Assembly: GCF_009834535.1 (NCBI RefSeq)
Contig: NC_045707.1
Span: 61,382,001-61,446,000 of the forward strand
Reading direction: 5' to 3'
From: Camelus ferus
Taxonomy: Eukaryota
Length of the DNA stretch: 64,000 nucleotides
Program-made: the position numbers and the translations under genes
Notes under the pieces: generated by a model
Databases searched by the model: none
What the model saw: only the letters and a program-made list of their open reading frames with translations
Told to the model about the DNA's origin: nothing
Part shown: positions 25,331 to 38,392 of the stretch, piece after piece
Numbering within the stretch: position 1 is the first letter of the stretch
Layout of the letters: each line of letters begins with the position of its first letter

Positions 25331-28300
25331 CTGTGAAACAAACATAAAATAGCCTCTTAACTGTTGTTGCTCATAATGCAGTAACATAGCTCACATAGAT
25401 CTTAAAAAATTTAAGGTTTATATACATACGTGTGACTTTATCTCGCTGTGGGTTAGCTGTAAAATCAGAGAGAAGAAAGAAAAAAATTAAAAGGGTGGCT
25501 GCTGGCGTGGCTTTTGTTTATTTTTAAAAGCCAAGTCTCTTAATTATAATCATTGACTGTTCCTTTGGCTTTATTGCAGTGATATTCAGAGGTTAATTAT
25601 GTAAGTTTTTTTGTACTAATGATATTTTTAATCAACTTTTTATATAAACTTAATATATAAACTTTTTATATACCACTATTATAAATGGAAAATCATTTTA
25701 CATATCATATCTGGCAGATAATAAATACAATTTAAAATAAAATTAAAACATTAGAATTAAAAATAAAAATAACTAAATATTAGTAGTAATCAATGTGAGC
25801 AATTTATTAAAACATTTTCCTGAAAGTAAGTTGCTCCCTGGGAAGAATGATGCTACTTATAATCAGTCAGTGATACAGAGACAGGGGTCTCTCATGCATT
25901 AATTTATCAGTAGGGCATTTGGTTCTCATAAACTCATAATTACCCCTCTTCTTCCACTGAGCTTTATTCAGATTTTAACATTCAGAGCACCAGGAAGAAA
26001 ATTCCCCATCTGCCATGGCCTTCCTACACTTTTTTATTAAATGGTCAGACACCTTTTCCACACCAGCTCTGTGGCAGCTGCTGTTGGATTCCTGTGGTGG
26101 AATCCATCAAGGAGCTGGCCCTTTGGGTACTTGTGAGCGTCCTCGGTCATCATACATGTGACCGGGCTTTGTCTATGATGAATTGCCACAAAGCTTCTGC
26201 TTCTTTAACTTTTCTTGGCAGTTATATCCATGAAGTCAAGGTATGATGTGCTAGTTATATTTTTTTCTTACCCACATTTTTTTTAATGTTAAATATTCAG
26301 CTTTTGAATAGTGAAACAAATATACATCCACACACTAGCTAAAATCAGCTTGTGTACTGTTGGTGTGCCCAGCACATTTATGCAAAGCTGCACTGGTCTG
26401 GCCTCCATTGGTATTTATTGAACCTACCAACAGTATCTAGAAGACCACAAAGGGATTTTTTTCCTCCAGTGTTTGCCATTATTTGTCAGAGATGGAATCT
26501 GTTAGATAAAAGTCTTTATCCTCTAACATTTACCCCCTGTAAATTAGGATGTCTTTTCCTTTGTTTTTCTTAAGAGCCCAGGGGCTTTTCATTATTGGAC
26601 TACCCCTTAAATTTCTGGATTTTATCCCACAGAATTAGAGACCATTTCAAGCTAGATCCCCAACCAAGAGCAAAAACTGAAACTCCAGCAATTTTCTTCT
26701 TCTTACTGTGCTGGTGGTGGTGTTACTAATTATGTAGATTTTTAAAGAGAATGATTTTTTTTTTTTTTTTTTGAGAAACATGCAGTCAAATTAGTGCTTA
26801 TTTGCCGGCCAGACTAGGCACTTTGGTTACCAAGGTGCATTAGATAGCCGTAATTCCTGCCTGTTTGGAATTCACAGTCTAGTGGGACAGACAGGTAAAC
26901 CGGTGACAATTAAATTATTCTTTACTCTGATTTAAAGTAATTGTCTCAGGTTTTGTCACTGACTTTACGGAAGCATCATGAGGATTATTCACGAGCATGA
27001 AAACGTCACCTGAAAGTTCAGGCATAAAGAAGACACTAGCATACAAGGTAAACCCAAGATTGGGGATTACACGGAGTATGAATTTGGGGATGAAAGACAA
27101 TGTTTATTGATTGATACTGTATGCCAAGCACTTTTCTAAATATAACTTTTTTCTATTCGTTTCATCAAACCCCTGAGGATGTGCCATTGTCTGCATTTTA
27201 TTGTTGAGGAAATAGGTCCAGACACTTGCCCAAGGTCACAGTGGTGGAACTGGAGACTGAACTCAGGCATATTGTTTCGAAAATCTGTGATTTTAACTCC
27301 TATGTCAAACAGCGTAACTTGAGGGAAAAATAATAATAATACACTTTGCAGTGTTGCAGCAACATGAAAAATTCAGCTAATATATTGATACTCTGAGAAG
27401 AGATTTGTCATACTGTGGGTACGTGTCACTGGGTTCTCTTAACAAAACTCATATGAGAGAAAAAAAGGAATGGCTGAACTGGAGAGACATGACCAGCTCA
27501 GAAAGCTGGGCGATAAAGTGTTGCTGTACGTGGATTAAAAGTGAGAATTCAGTGTTTACAATCGGGAGGAAAGGAACACACAGTTTAAAAGAATTTTACA
27601 ATTTTAGACCTGGAGGGGACCTTGGAAAACGTGTAAGCAATGAAGCACTTTTGCCAAACAAAAATTTATGCAGTTAAGTTCAGTCTACTCTCTCCTTTTT
27701 CTGCTCTAAGCACCCCTGCAGCCCTGAGGGGTTCAGCTGGTTATAGATGTGGACACAGAAGTACTACAGGATTTGCACAGCTGTAATAGCTTAATTGAGG
27801 TTTCTCTTTTCATACCATGGCAAAAACTTTAAAACATACTGGGATGGAAAACTGCGTCTGGAACAGGAGCCGTAAATACATTCTTGGCTAGTTGTGTATT
27901 AATATTTCAAAATTACATAAAACATCCTTGGAAAGTTACCTTCACTTGCCTTCTACATGATTCCTCATTGAATGCCTTCTGTCTTACTAGTAAAAAGTGC
28001 CACATTGCAGCTTCACTTCATTTATTTAGTCCTACAGATGAAAATGCAAGTCTTGGGTGCTTTGGGCAGGTATCACAAAATTCAGATTCTTTTGGGTGAC
28101 TTTGTTATACAAAGTCTAATCTTGCTGAAATTAGCAAATCTTGGGTCTACAGTTTCCAACACTAGAGTCTTTTGTTCTTGTTCTGATTAAATAAAAAGGA
28201 TATTATTTGCTTCTTTAAATTTCTCTTGAACGTGTATTCATTCCTAGGACAGTAAGCCATTGATTTAATTGCTACCTGATGTCACTTTCTGAAAATAGCT

Positions 28301-31300
28301 GTTAGGATAAAATAAATAGCTCTGTAGAGAGTTACAAGAATTTGAACACACTGTATTACTGGTAGACTGTTTCTTTTACTCACCGCAGAGGTTGTCCAGA
28401 CACTTGTCATTACTGGGGCAGGCGCTGCAAGTGGACCCTTTTTTGTATGGCCAGGTGGGGTAATTTCCTCTAGGAAGTAGAAAAAAGATGTCCATTAAAG
28501 TTTTGGCTTTGTTTTGTTTTGCTTTTTCAATTGCTATTTATTACGAGTCCTTGGCTAGGAGAAAGTCCACCGATTCAGAGGGTTGGAGAGAGGAGTGGAG
28601 AGAGGCAGAAATGGAAGCCTGCTAATGTTTGCAGAGTTCATTCTACGTGCCAATGTCTTTGAACCTGTATCTTAATCATCTCACTTAATTCTTAAAACAA
28701 CTTGGGGAGGAAGTGATTTTTATTTCTGTTTTAGTGATGAGGAAACTAAAACTCTAAAAGATTAAGTAACTTGCCAAAAGTCACAGTGTACACATACCAA
28801 AGAACAAAACCTGGATTTGTCTGGCTTCAGGGCAGTGCTCTGTCTGCTTACTGTCTGGCCTGTGGGATCACTTGTCCATCTTAGAAAAGCTATCATGACC
28901 CACATTTGTTCTCAGTCTAACAAGCCTTCATAGTTTTTTACTGAATAAGACCCATTTGACTGGGGTAACTGCCTTCCAAAAGAATAACAAGAGATATGGG
29001 GGAGTTTCTAAAGTGCAGTTTGTTCTCACATAAAAGATGTGATAGGAATAACACCATAATTACTGAGCACTCTTCATGTGCTAGGCACTGTCCCAAGAAT
29101 CCCTGAATAAACCAGTCTTCACAGTAACCCTGTGACAAAGATACTATTATTTTTTTTATCCCCAAAGCTAGAGGCTGAGGCAGAGTGTAAGTCATTGACC
29201 AAAAGCACAGATTAGAAAGTGAAGTAGTATCCAAACATTTTATATCCCCAGGAATAGCTTCGGCGTAGCCACAATGGGAGGCTGTACGTTTATTTCAATG
29301 AACCTGCCATGGCACTGATCTCTTTTAGGACTCTGCTTTTGGAAAGGAGTTCTTAACTCTTTTGTGTCACGGTACATTCTGGCAGCCTGGTGCAGCCTAT
29401 GGACTCTGACTCTAGTTTTTAAATGCTTAAAATAAAGCTCGTGGAATTATAAAGTTAACTGATTAAATAGAGCTAGTTATTAAAATGTTAAAAAATAGTT
29501 GAGATGTACTAACATGTACTTCTCTGTTAAGCATTAGATAAGCTCTAGCAGGGAGCCTGATTATAGTAATTTCAAAGTAGTGATAAATAAAAACTGAGAC
29601 AAATGCAGTAAGGAGAATGTGATGTGAACATAGCTGTGACATTTACAAAGAAGCGCAGTACAGTCCTAGGTGCTGCTGGTATGACTGGACTGTTACCTTC
29701 ATTCCTAAAGAAACGTTATTTACAACAGTAGTGAAAAAGATGTTAACTTTTCTAACCTGAGTTCATGGACTCCCCTAACCTAGTACTATAAATTTATCTC
29801 CAAAGTTAAGAACCCCCTTAGAGACATTATTTTTCATTAACACCTCATTTCTAACCAAAAATATATGTTCTAATCTTGTTTCGCTCCAAATTAATTTAGG
29901 TTGTTTCAGAAATTAAACTTACCCTCCTGCTTATTCTACACTGGAAAATAGTGAAAGGAGTAGAGATTCTGATAACAATGATAAAAGATGTCCAAAATGG
30001 ACAGTGATCATTGGAATAAAAAGTACAGTAGTCATTGAGTGGTTACGTTCTAAAATGTTTTTAATAAAATAATTTATGCTACTTCATTCTTTGTTAATTG
30101 TGTATTCTGTACTATAAAGAAAAGGGGAAACTTGCTATTTCAAACACAAGCTACAAACAAGGCAATTGTGACTTCTAGGGAAATGGCAGAATTTATCCTG
30201 GGAGAAACATGCTCCTGGAAAGGCCTGGATTTTGTCTAGATGGTGATTAAGACAAAGGGACCTCAAGTATTCGGCCCAATAAAGAGGCAGAAACTTTCAG
30301 TGTTTCCCCTGGTCACCTGAGGGATAAGCGGGTTGAGGCCCTTGGACTCTGGCAAAGAGAAAAGACAGATCTTTAAAGAAAAGCTTAGATATGGTGGCCA
30401 GGGTATGCTAGGCACTGTACCACTGTCTGCTCATCAAGGTACTTATTTCCTCCTCAGAGGTAAAATCGCCTCTTCCACTAACCCACTGAGTGGTGGCGAG
30501 GCACAGGGGGGTCAGTAAGGTGCCTGTGCTTCCGACGATGCAGGTCAGGGAGACCCCGGGTAGCATGGAAGAGAGGATGCTTATATTCTATAATGAAGAT
30601 AACTACTTCTACAATAGATTTTCTTTCTTAGAAAGAGGTTAATTTGAGCACTTACGCTGGTCCGTAGTTGCATATAAAATGTGCTAAACCTTGAAAACCT
30701 TCAAAGCCAGAAACTCGAGGACAAAATTGCACTGCGCAGCCAACCTTGAAACTATCTGCCCAAACAACCTGAAAAAATATAAGGATTTTTAAGAAGAGAG
30801 TTAATAAAATGGACACTTGAGTATGATTAGGCCTTCATAAATATGGTCAGGTATATTCACTCTCATTAGATAGAGCAGTTAGCACCAGGGAAGCTTTAGG
30901 CGCTCAGAACTCAGTTGGAAACAAGACTGTGTGCGTGAAATAAACATGTAACAGATAATTAAGATAATTTTTGACAGTGCAATGAAGAAATAAAACAGGG
31001 TGGCAGGATAGAGTGACTGCTGGGGAGGAAGGGGGCTCTTTGACTTGGGTGTGCAGGGCAGACGGCTCTGGAGGGTGGAGAAGGCACTGGAGCCGAGCCC
31101 TGAAGGATGAAGAGGCAGCCCTCAGGGTAGCCGTGCAGGAGAGGGAAATGCTGAGTGGGAGCCCTGGGGCCAGGGCTGGGCGGGAGTCTGCTTGGCGCAG
31201 GAGCGGCAGAAAGAGCGGAGCTGGGACCTGACCCGGGAGAGGGGAGAGTCACAGGCCAACAGGTCAGAGGCAGAGGAGCAACTCGTGGGGAACCTGGTAG

Positions 31301-34300
31301 GTAAGTGAGAGACGGGCCCTTTTCCAGGTCTTAGAAAGGTCACTTTGGTTGTTACAAACTAAGTGGACTGAGAAGAACAAGGGAAGAAAAGGGGAGGGAG
31401 CTTGGGAGGCAGTTTCACCAGTACTGGAAAGAGAAGGTGGTGCCGCTCTCTCGGAGGACGCTGCTGGGGTGTATTCCTTCCCAGCCCACACCCTAGAACC
31501 CCCTGGGAACTCCAGGTACCCAAGTGAATTAGCCTCTGTCTCGCTGAGTCTGATTTTATGGCCATTAATTCTCAGGTTTGATCCTTGTACTTTAACGTCC
31601 CAATCATTTTTGTGTTTATTTTTTAAATGTCTTAATTTCTATTCACCGCATCTCAAAGCGACTTCCCCTGGGGTGCTTTGTTTAAAATGCAGATTTCTGG
31701 GCCGTATCAGTCCTACTGGGTGAGAGTCACTGGAACTGGCCTTGAAATCTGTGTTTTTTTTAATTGAGATATAATTGACATAAAGTTAGGTTAGTTTCAG
31801 GTGTACGATATAATGATTCAGCATTTGTATATATTGCAAAATGATCACCACAGTGTCTAGTATAAACACCCATCACCATTTATAATTCTTTTTGCTTATG
31901 ATGAGGACTTCTGAGATTCACTCCCTTAGCAACTTTCAAATACACAAAACAGTATTATTAACTATCGTCACCATGCTGTCCGTTACATCCCCAGGACTTA
32001 TCTTTTAACTGGAAGTTTGTACCTTTAAACCATGTTTACCCATTTCATTCACTCCCACTAGCCGCCGCCCCCCCCCCCCACCTCTGGCAACCATCAGTCT
32101 GTTTTCTGTTTATAAGAGTTTAAAAAATTTTTTTTAGATTCGCATGTGACTTCATACGGTCTTTGTCTTTCTCCGTCTGGCTTATTTCACTTAGTGAAAT
32201 TCCCTTTAGATCCATCCATGTTGTTACAAATAACAGTTACTCCTTCTTAAGGAAAATGTGGTGTACACACACATACACCCACTGGAATATTATTCAGCCC
32301 AAACAATGTAATCTGTATTTTAACAGTTCCTCAAGTGACTCTTACCTGTGCTGACTGGGTGCAGTGTTGTGTATACGTATTCCTTCCACTGTCATCTGAG
32401 TAAATCACTTTACTAGTTCTTATCCTTCGGTCTCTGAGCACTTTTTCCCACTATTGTTATCTTGCGAGTCGTCTTATTTGGGGGTTCCTCCCACACACAC
32501 CTTTAATGCTTTATGCTATTTTTAAATTCTACTTTCTTTTACCTTTCTGCTCCCTTTTTTCCAAATGTATGCAGGCATTTGTTACCATGTATTTTCTGTT
32601 TCAGTTGGTCTTTTTTAAGTCAGGTTGTAAGCAACACACAGGAAAGCCCATCCCTTTTAGGCATATAGTTCTACGTATTTTGACAAAAGCATAGAGTTGT
32701 GTAGCCTCCACCATATTCAGGATCTAGAACAGTTCCCAAAAAGTCCCTTGGGCCCCTCTGTGGTCAGCTCCTCTCCCAACCCCCAGCCCCTGGCAACCAC
32801 AGGTCTGCTTTCTGTCTTTGTAGTTTTGCTTCTTCCAGAAGGCTATATAAATAGACTCAGTTTAAACGTAGCTTTTTCAGTCTGGCTTCTTTCATTAAGC
32901 ATGAGTATTTGAGATTCATTCACGTTGTTGGGTTCATTAGCAGTCACTCCTTTTTATTGCGGAGTAATATTTATTGCACGGATCTATCACAGTTTATCCC
33001 TTCAAGTTGGTCTCTTTTTTAAAAGCTTCATGGGCATTCGGCTTCTGGGCTCAGATTTATGGGCTCTGGGGCCACAAAGACCAAGTTCATACTCCAGCTC
33101 AGCCACTCGCTGTGAACATGACCTCAGCTTCCTCCTCTCTCAAAGGCGGATAACCACCTACTCCACAGTCTTACTTCGACATTTTAAATGCGCCGAAGTA
33201 ATGCTTAGGGCAGCTTCCGGAACATAGTGAGCTCTCAGCAAATGCTCATGTCTTACTCTCTTATGACTAATTTTTTTTTCTCATGACTAATTTTCTTCTG
33301 CTTTTAAACTTTTGAAGCTATTTTTTTATCAGGCGTATTCCTGTTGCATGTTTCATTTCTTTTAATATGGTAAACAAAAAATAAAAATTTAAAAAATGAG
33401 TTACTCGTTATTGAGAATTTACCCAGTGCCAGGGGCGTGATAAGCACGTTACATGGAACATCATATTTAACCTCATAACAAATAAATAAGTATTGCCTCA
33501 ATTTTTATAGATAAAAGGTGGAACCTAATTAATTCTACTTGACCACGAAGCACTGTGAGGACCGTCCGTGTCCTGAGCAAGATGCTTCCAGAGTGCTTTC
33601 CTTCTTAGCAGAACCAGGGAGGACTCTCTAAAACTGACAAAAACATCGCATTTGGGGAACTCAACCCAGTGTGGGCAGGCATGCTTCTCCTTTCTCGCTA
33701 ACACTCCCTTCCCACCATCTTCCCCTTCTCGTTCTCAGTACGAGTTCATCTGGCTCATTATCAGCGATATGGTAACACTGCAACATGTACAAAACCAGCT
33801 AGACAAACTAAAACACGGCACACTTCCACTCGTTCTGCAAGGGCGTTAAAAATAAGAATTTCAAGGAGCTGCGGCGGGGGCGAAAAGGGTGGGGGCGGCA
33901 AAAATGCGATCTATACTGCCATCTAGTGGGCACTCTCCGCACTACCAAACCTGAGCCGCTGCCACGCCCAGATATTTAAGTCGAACTTTTCCGAAATTTT
34001 GCAGAGCTGAACTGTCGACATCAAGATATCTAATTCGAATAATCTTCTATATTAATATACCAAAATTCTTCCACAATGCAAATCTGTCTCTAGTGAAGAC
34101 AGAACCAAAGTGTTGGGTGAACATGTCAAAAAAAGTCACAACTTTATGAGGTAATAATGGTTCTGAACCTATTGCTTTTACTCTGTACAACGACTATTTA
34201 CTGGCCAAAATCTGAAAATAACTTGCTTTTTATTAACAGGAGACAAGGGTAAGTGGGAAGTTACAAATACCCACTTGAGGTAATTTCCAGCATGAATTTA

Positions 34301-37300
34301 AAATGGCAACTGAGTAATCATAAGTCACCCAGTGAGATTTCTTGCAAGGGTGAAAACAGGAAGTCTTTAGCCAAGCAGTCAGAGCCTTCTTCCAGTGTTA
34401 TTGGTGGGAAAACAACTCATGGAAGAGATCTAACCTTTGATCAATGCCTACTGAATACTAGTACTTTGCTAGATAATTTCCATGTATTACATTATTTAAT
34501 CCTTGCCACATACCTTATATCCGAATTCCAACTCTTCCTCTTACTGGCTAAATGACACCCCTCTGAGCCTGTTTATTCATCTATGGATAATAGCATCTCT
34601 CTTAGAGGTATGTGGTGAGAATAGAATGAGTTTGGTTTGGGGTTTTTTTTTCCAGATTTACCTGTTTTTATTTTTTATTATTTTTAACATAATTTTTAAG
34701 GGTTACTTTCCATACGAGAACTTAAATGTAGACAGCTAAGTAAAACATTCACGTAAAAAGTAGCTTCTGGTGCTGCATCTTCCCAGACCCGGGGGGATCC
34801 CTGGACATTCTCTCCCTGATCTGAAGTAGACTAGTGGTCTCTTAAAGAGAAAGTTTAGGATCACTCAGCTTGGGTTCTGATGCCTGTACACAAGAAACTG
34901 GATTTTAGGAAATATTTTCTTTTGTCCCGATTATTAGCCCTTTCTGTTTGTTTTCCTAGATATGAAAGAGGAACATTTATAAGTAAGCTCAGTTAATTTT
35001 AGCAGGGCCGTCTCTGAAATCTCAGGCCTAAGTGACATAAAATCAAGTTTCCTCCTCTCACTTGGATGCCCTGGAATGATGGACATGGAGTGTCTTCTAG
35101 CTTGCGTGGCTGGGAGTCCACTGTCAATTTAACAGTCTTTTGAGCTCTCTACATCTGGTGTGTGGAGCCACTGCCATCCTTCTGAAGTACAAGTTCACCT
35201 GTACGCATTTTACATCTTCCACACCTTGTTCATTTTGCCAGGAGTTCTCTTTCCTTTCCTTTTCACTTGACAGACTCTCACTCAGCTCTCAAGAACCAAC
35301 TCATGTGTCTCCTGCTGTATGAACGACTCCTACGTCTCCACACCTTCCTCCGACCAGGTTAGCTGCCTTGTCTTCGTGGCTCACGTGGCACGCTGTCAGT
35401 TTCTCCGAACTGCAGTGGCCGTGTGCTGTGGTACATCCTCTTACCCATGTGTCTCTTCAGAAAGAATGTCCACTCCTAAGGGCCAGGGGCCATTCCCACG
35501 TGTGTCCTGAGTTCCTCGCCGCATTCCTCCTTTCTCCTCCCTTCCCCTTCTCTGCGATTGTGCTCCCCAGTAAAATGTTAGCACATAAGCTTTCATCTCA
35601 GGCTGTTTTTAGGAATCTGCACTAAAACATACGACCGGTGCCTTACAAAGTACCTGGGATAGGGGAGAGGCTTGAACACCGATTGGGTGGGAGTCAAACT
35701 GATTGTTATGTTTTTTTCAATAGGGGGGAGGTTAATTCGTTTTATTTATGTATTTATTTTTAATGGAGATACCAGTACTTCGTGAGTGCTAGGCATGTGC
35801 TCTGCCACTGAGCTATACCCTCCCCCTCAGCACCTTCAAACTAATAATGATTTCTGGAGGTTGAAACACCACAGTGCTTAATGGCACCAGATGCCACTTG
35901 TAGGCAATCTGGGTTTTGCTTTCTTGCCCTTTAGGATTTGTGAGAATCCAACCGAATTTATTCTCTGGTTAAATTAATTTGTAAACATAAACCAAAACTG
36001 ATGGTTTATTGGACATGTCTAAAGGAGACCTTATTTATATTTCCAGGAAAGGGACCAAGGCTACTGATGACTTGATAACCCCTCCTTGATCACAATAACC
36101 TTGAGATGAAAACTTCACTGAAATCCTTCCTCTCCTCTCATCGTAACAACCTCCTGTAACCGCCGCATGTGTCACACCACCAGTGCCATCGGAGGTGTTT
36201 TATAAAGACTGAACTGCACTGAGAGTTTTCCTACTAACATGCTACTCTTTAGAAACACCTACTGCTTCAAGTTAACTGCCTTGTTAAAAATGCTTCTGCC
36301 CTCAGACCTCATTTCAACAAATTTTGGTACATTAAAACCAAACATAGGTTCAAACACAGGTTCACTACCTTTAGTTATTGGTTTGACAAGGACGGCCAGG
36401 AAAGAAAAGTAAATAAACAAAATGTGGCCTGTGCAGGGAGGCAGCCTGTTAAGAAGACTATATAGAAGATGCTTCCTGGGGTTTGTCTCCATCATGTTGC
36501 CAAATCGCATGAGCTTTGGATAGGAAGACTAAACCAGCTTGAATTAAAAAAAAAAAAAATCTCAGTGGGAGGCTCTGAGTGTGGCTCTGGGGACTAATAC
36601 TGTAGATTTGGGGAGCAGAACAGCTGCAGGACGGTTTACGTAAGCTTACAGGTTGGCCTCTCTGTTGAGGCTGGGACTGTGGGTTTTTTTCCTCCTTATG
36701 TGGTATGTTACAGATTCTCAGTCCAATTTTGAAAGACCAAGAGGATACGGAAGCATCCATTCTCATCGATGCGTCTGTCTGAGAGGCTATTTCTGCCCAT
36801 TTTATAGCCCCAGAATAACTGTGTCAACTTTCCTAGAGGACGTACCTGGAAATAAATCCATTCCCTCATAAGATCCTTTGATTGCTCACAAATGGAACAA
36901 AGTATCACAGGAAGGTAGCTGTCATCAAACTTACTCAAAGCCGGTGCAGACTGGTGGGCCTCAGAACTACACTCTTCAAGTACCATCTCCTCTGGGAGTG
37001 GGGTCTGTTCCGTTCATTCACTTTTTTAAGTAAGCCTGTAACTCCTCCTCTCTCACATTTACAGGGACACTAGCTTACTTTATATTGTCTTAACACCAAA
37101 TTCCCGTTTTCTCCTCACCCTTGAAATGACGGTTTCAAGAGAGTATAGTGCAGATACTTACCTGGGTGTAATGGCCGCAGACCTTGCCACATTTCCGAGT
37201 CTGGAAGTCATAGTCCTGAACTTCGTTGTACCAGTCGGTGATGGCTGCAGACACAGAAAAGATGGAGAGAGACCCTGTCCAGAGGTTTTCTCCCAAGGAA

Positions 37301-38392
37301 GTGAAATTTGGGTGCAGCTTGTGGGGTGGCTTCAGCCGTCCGTTATGAGCAAACTGACAATTTCTTGCCCAGGCTTTTGCAACTTGGGCTAGGCCTGGGT
37401 CCCAAGTCTGCCAAAAAAAACAAAACAAAACAAACAAAAAACAATAAAGAAACAGTAGGAGGGTCAGAAATGAAACCTGCTACTCAACAATGTAACTGGA
37501 GCAAGCAAAGAGGGGATCTGAATGGGATATGTGGTGACAAGAATAGAGAAGGACCCCAGTATATGTCCTCTGTATGCAGAGGACCATGTGATGGTCTTCA
37601 AGTTTTGACCACAGTTCAGAGGAAACAGGATAATCTAGGTTCATGGAATTTAGAATCGGAGTGAGTGACACAGATCAACATTTCACAGAAGGATTATTAT
37701 GTGCAAAATAATATATGCAGGGTTTCACATATTTTATGTAATTCAATAACCACAATAGCCCCTCTCCTACGATGCTCAGAAAGGTTATACACCAGCTCAA
37801 AGCCACAGAGCTGGAATTCATAACCCAAGCCTGACAATCAAACTCCTACTTCTCCAAATGCCAGGCTGCCTTCCCGAGAAAGTCAATACTCTGCCGGCAA
37901 CAATGAAAAATAAGATTTAGAGACAAAACAAAGAAACCAAAAAAACCTCACAAAAATTAACAGACCAAAAGGAGGCATAAATTCCGTCTATGACCTGAGG
38001 AAAGGAAGTGTTCAAAAAGAGAAGTAAAACGTACTTATAGCAAGGTTGGGTCGGCAGAGCGAAACTGGGTTCTTTTTGATCACGGGTGGTGAAGTTACTG
38101 CAACACCCTAATCACAGTGACAAAATCATTCAGGGCTGCCAGAAATCCACCTCCCAAATCAGTCCACATCGGCTGCTTCTGGCTGACTCATGCCGGAGTC
38201 CTGCTGTTTTTTTCTTACCATGTAGAGCATATCACTGGCCGCTGGATTCACTCCTGATCGGAACTTGTTGTGAATTTGAACACAGTCTTTGATGAAATCT
38301 TCATTGTCGATGTCTGGCAAAGTACTTGCTGAATAAGGAGAGCTGGAGACGAGGGAGACCAGCCAGGCAGTCACAGCCAGCGTGACTCGCAT
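25176..38392 (-). CDS. GLIPR1: GLI pathogenesis-related 1 (CAP superfamily), spliced CDS complement(join(25176-25330,25430-25456,28384-28469,30656-30768,37162-37407,38219-38392))
   Basis: Six GT-AG exons sum to 801 nt (266 aa + stop): signal peptide MRVTLAVTAWLVSLVSS, CAP motifs HNKFRS, GENLW, GHYTQVVWA, FICNYGPAGNY, Cys-rich hinge and a C-terminal hydrophobic segment. Confidence 0.97.
25430..25456 (-). CDS. GLIPR1: GLIPR1 exon 5 (27-nt microexon)
   Basis: ttacag|CT AAC CCA CAG CGA GAT AAA GTC ACA C|gtatgt; ANPQRDKVT. Confidence 0.9.
28384..28469 (-). CDS. GLIPR1: GLIPR1 exon 4
   Basis: tcctag|GNYPTWPYKKGSTCSACPSNDKCLDNLC|gtgagt. Confidence 0.95.
29344..29818. mobile_element. hAT-Charlie non-autonomous DNA transposon (MER119-like)
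   Basis: Terminal inverted repeats AGGAGTTCTTAAC ... GTTAAGAACCCCCT. Confidence 0.65.
30656..30768 (-). CDS. GLIPR1: GLIPR1 exon 3
   Basis: tttcag|VVWADSFKVGCAVQFCPRVSGFEGFQGLAHFICNYGP(A)|gtaagt. Confidence 0.95.
31753..32240 (-). mobile_element. L1 3'-end fragment splitting a MER5-like element
   Basis: TTTAATTGAGATATAATTGACAT...CTGGCTTATTTCACTTAG; MER5-like flanks at ~31640-31750 and ~32310-32360. Confidence 0.75.
32620..33000 (-). mobile_element. Old L1 (L1MB-like) 3' fragment
   Basis: CCCCAGCCCCTGGCAACCAC...GTCTGGCTTCTTTCATTAAGCAT. Confidence 0.7.
33914..33932 (-). promoter_or_regulatory. Candidate CTCF site in GLIPR1 intron 2
   Basis: TGCCCACTAGATGGCAGTA on -, in a local CpG/GC-box patch (33860-34040). 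Confidence 0.65.
35710..35826 (-). mobile_element. tRNA-derived SINE (Vic-1-like, internally deleted)
   Basis: GGGGGAGGGTATAGCTCAGTGGCAGAGCACATGCCTAGCA on -, same tail structure as the other copies. Confidence 0.75.
37162..37407 (-). CDS. GLIPR1: GLIPR1 exon 2
   Basis: tggcag|TWDPGLAQVAKAWA...KVCGHYTQ|gtaagt. Confidence 0.95.
38219..38392 (-). CDS. GLIPR1: GLIPR1 exon 1 (coding part)
   Basis: MRVTLAV...ASDMLYM|gtaaga. Confidence 0.95.

Noticed and set aside
36011..36020. p53 half-site GGACATGTCT in GLIPR1 intron 2
   Set aside because: No adjacent second half-site
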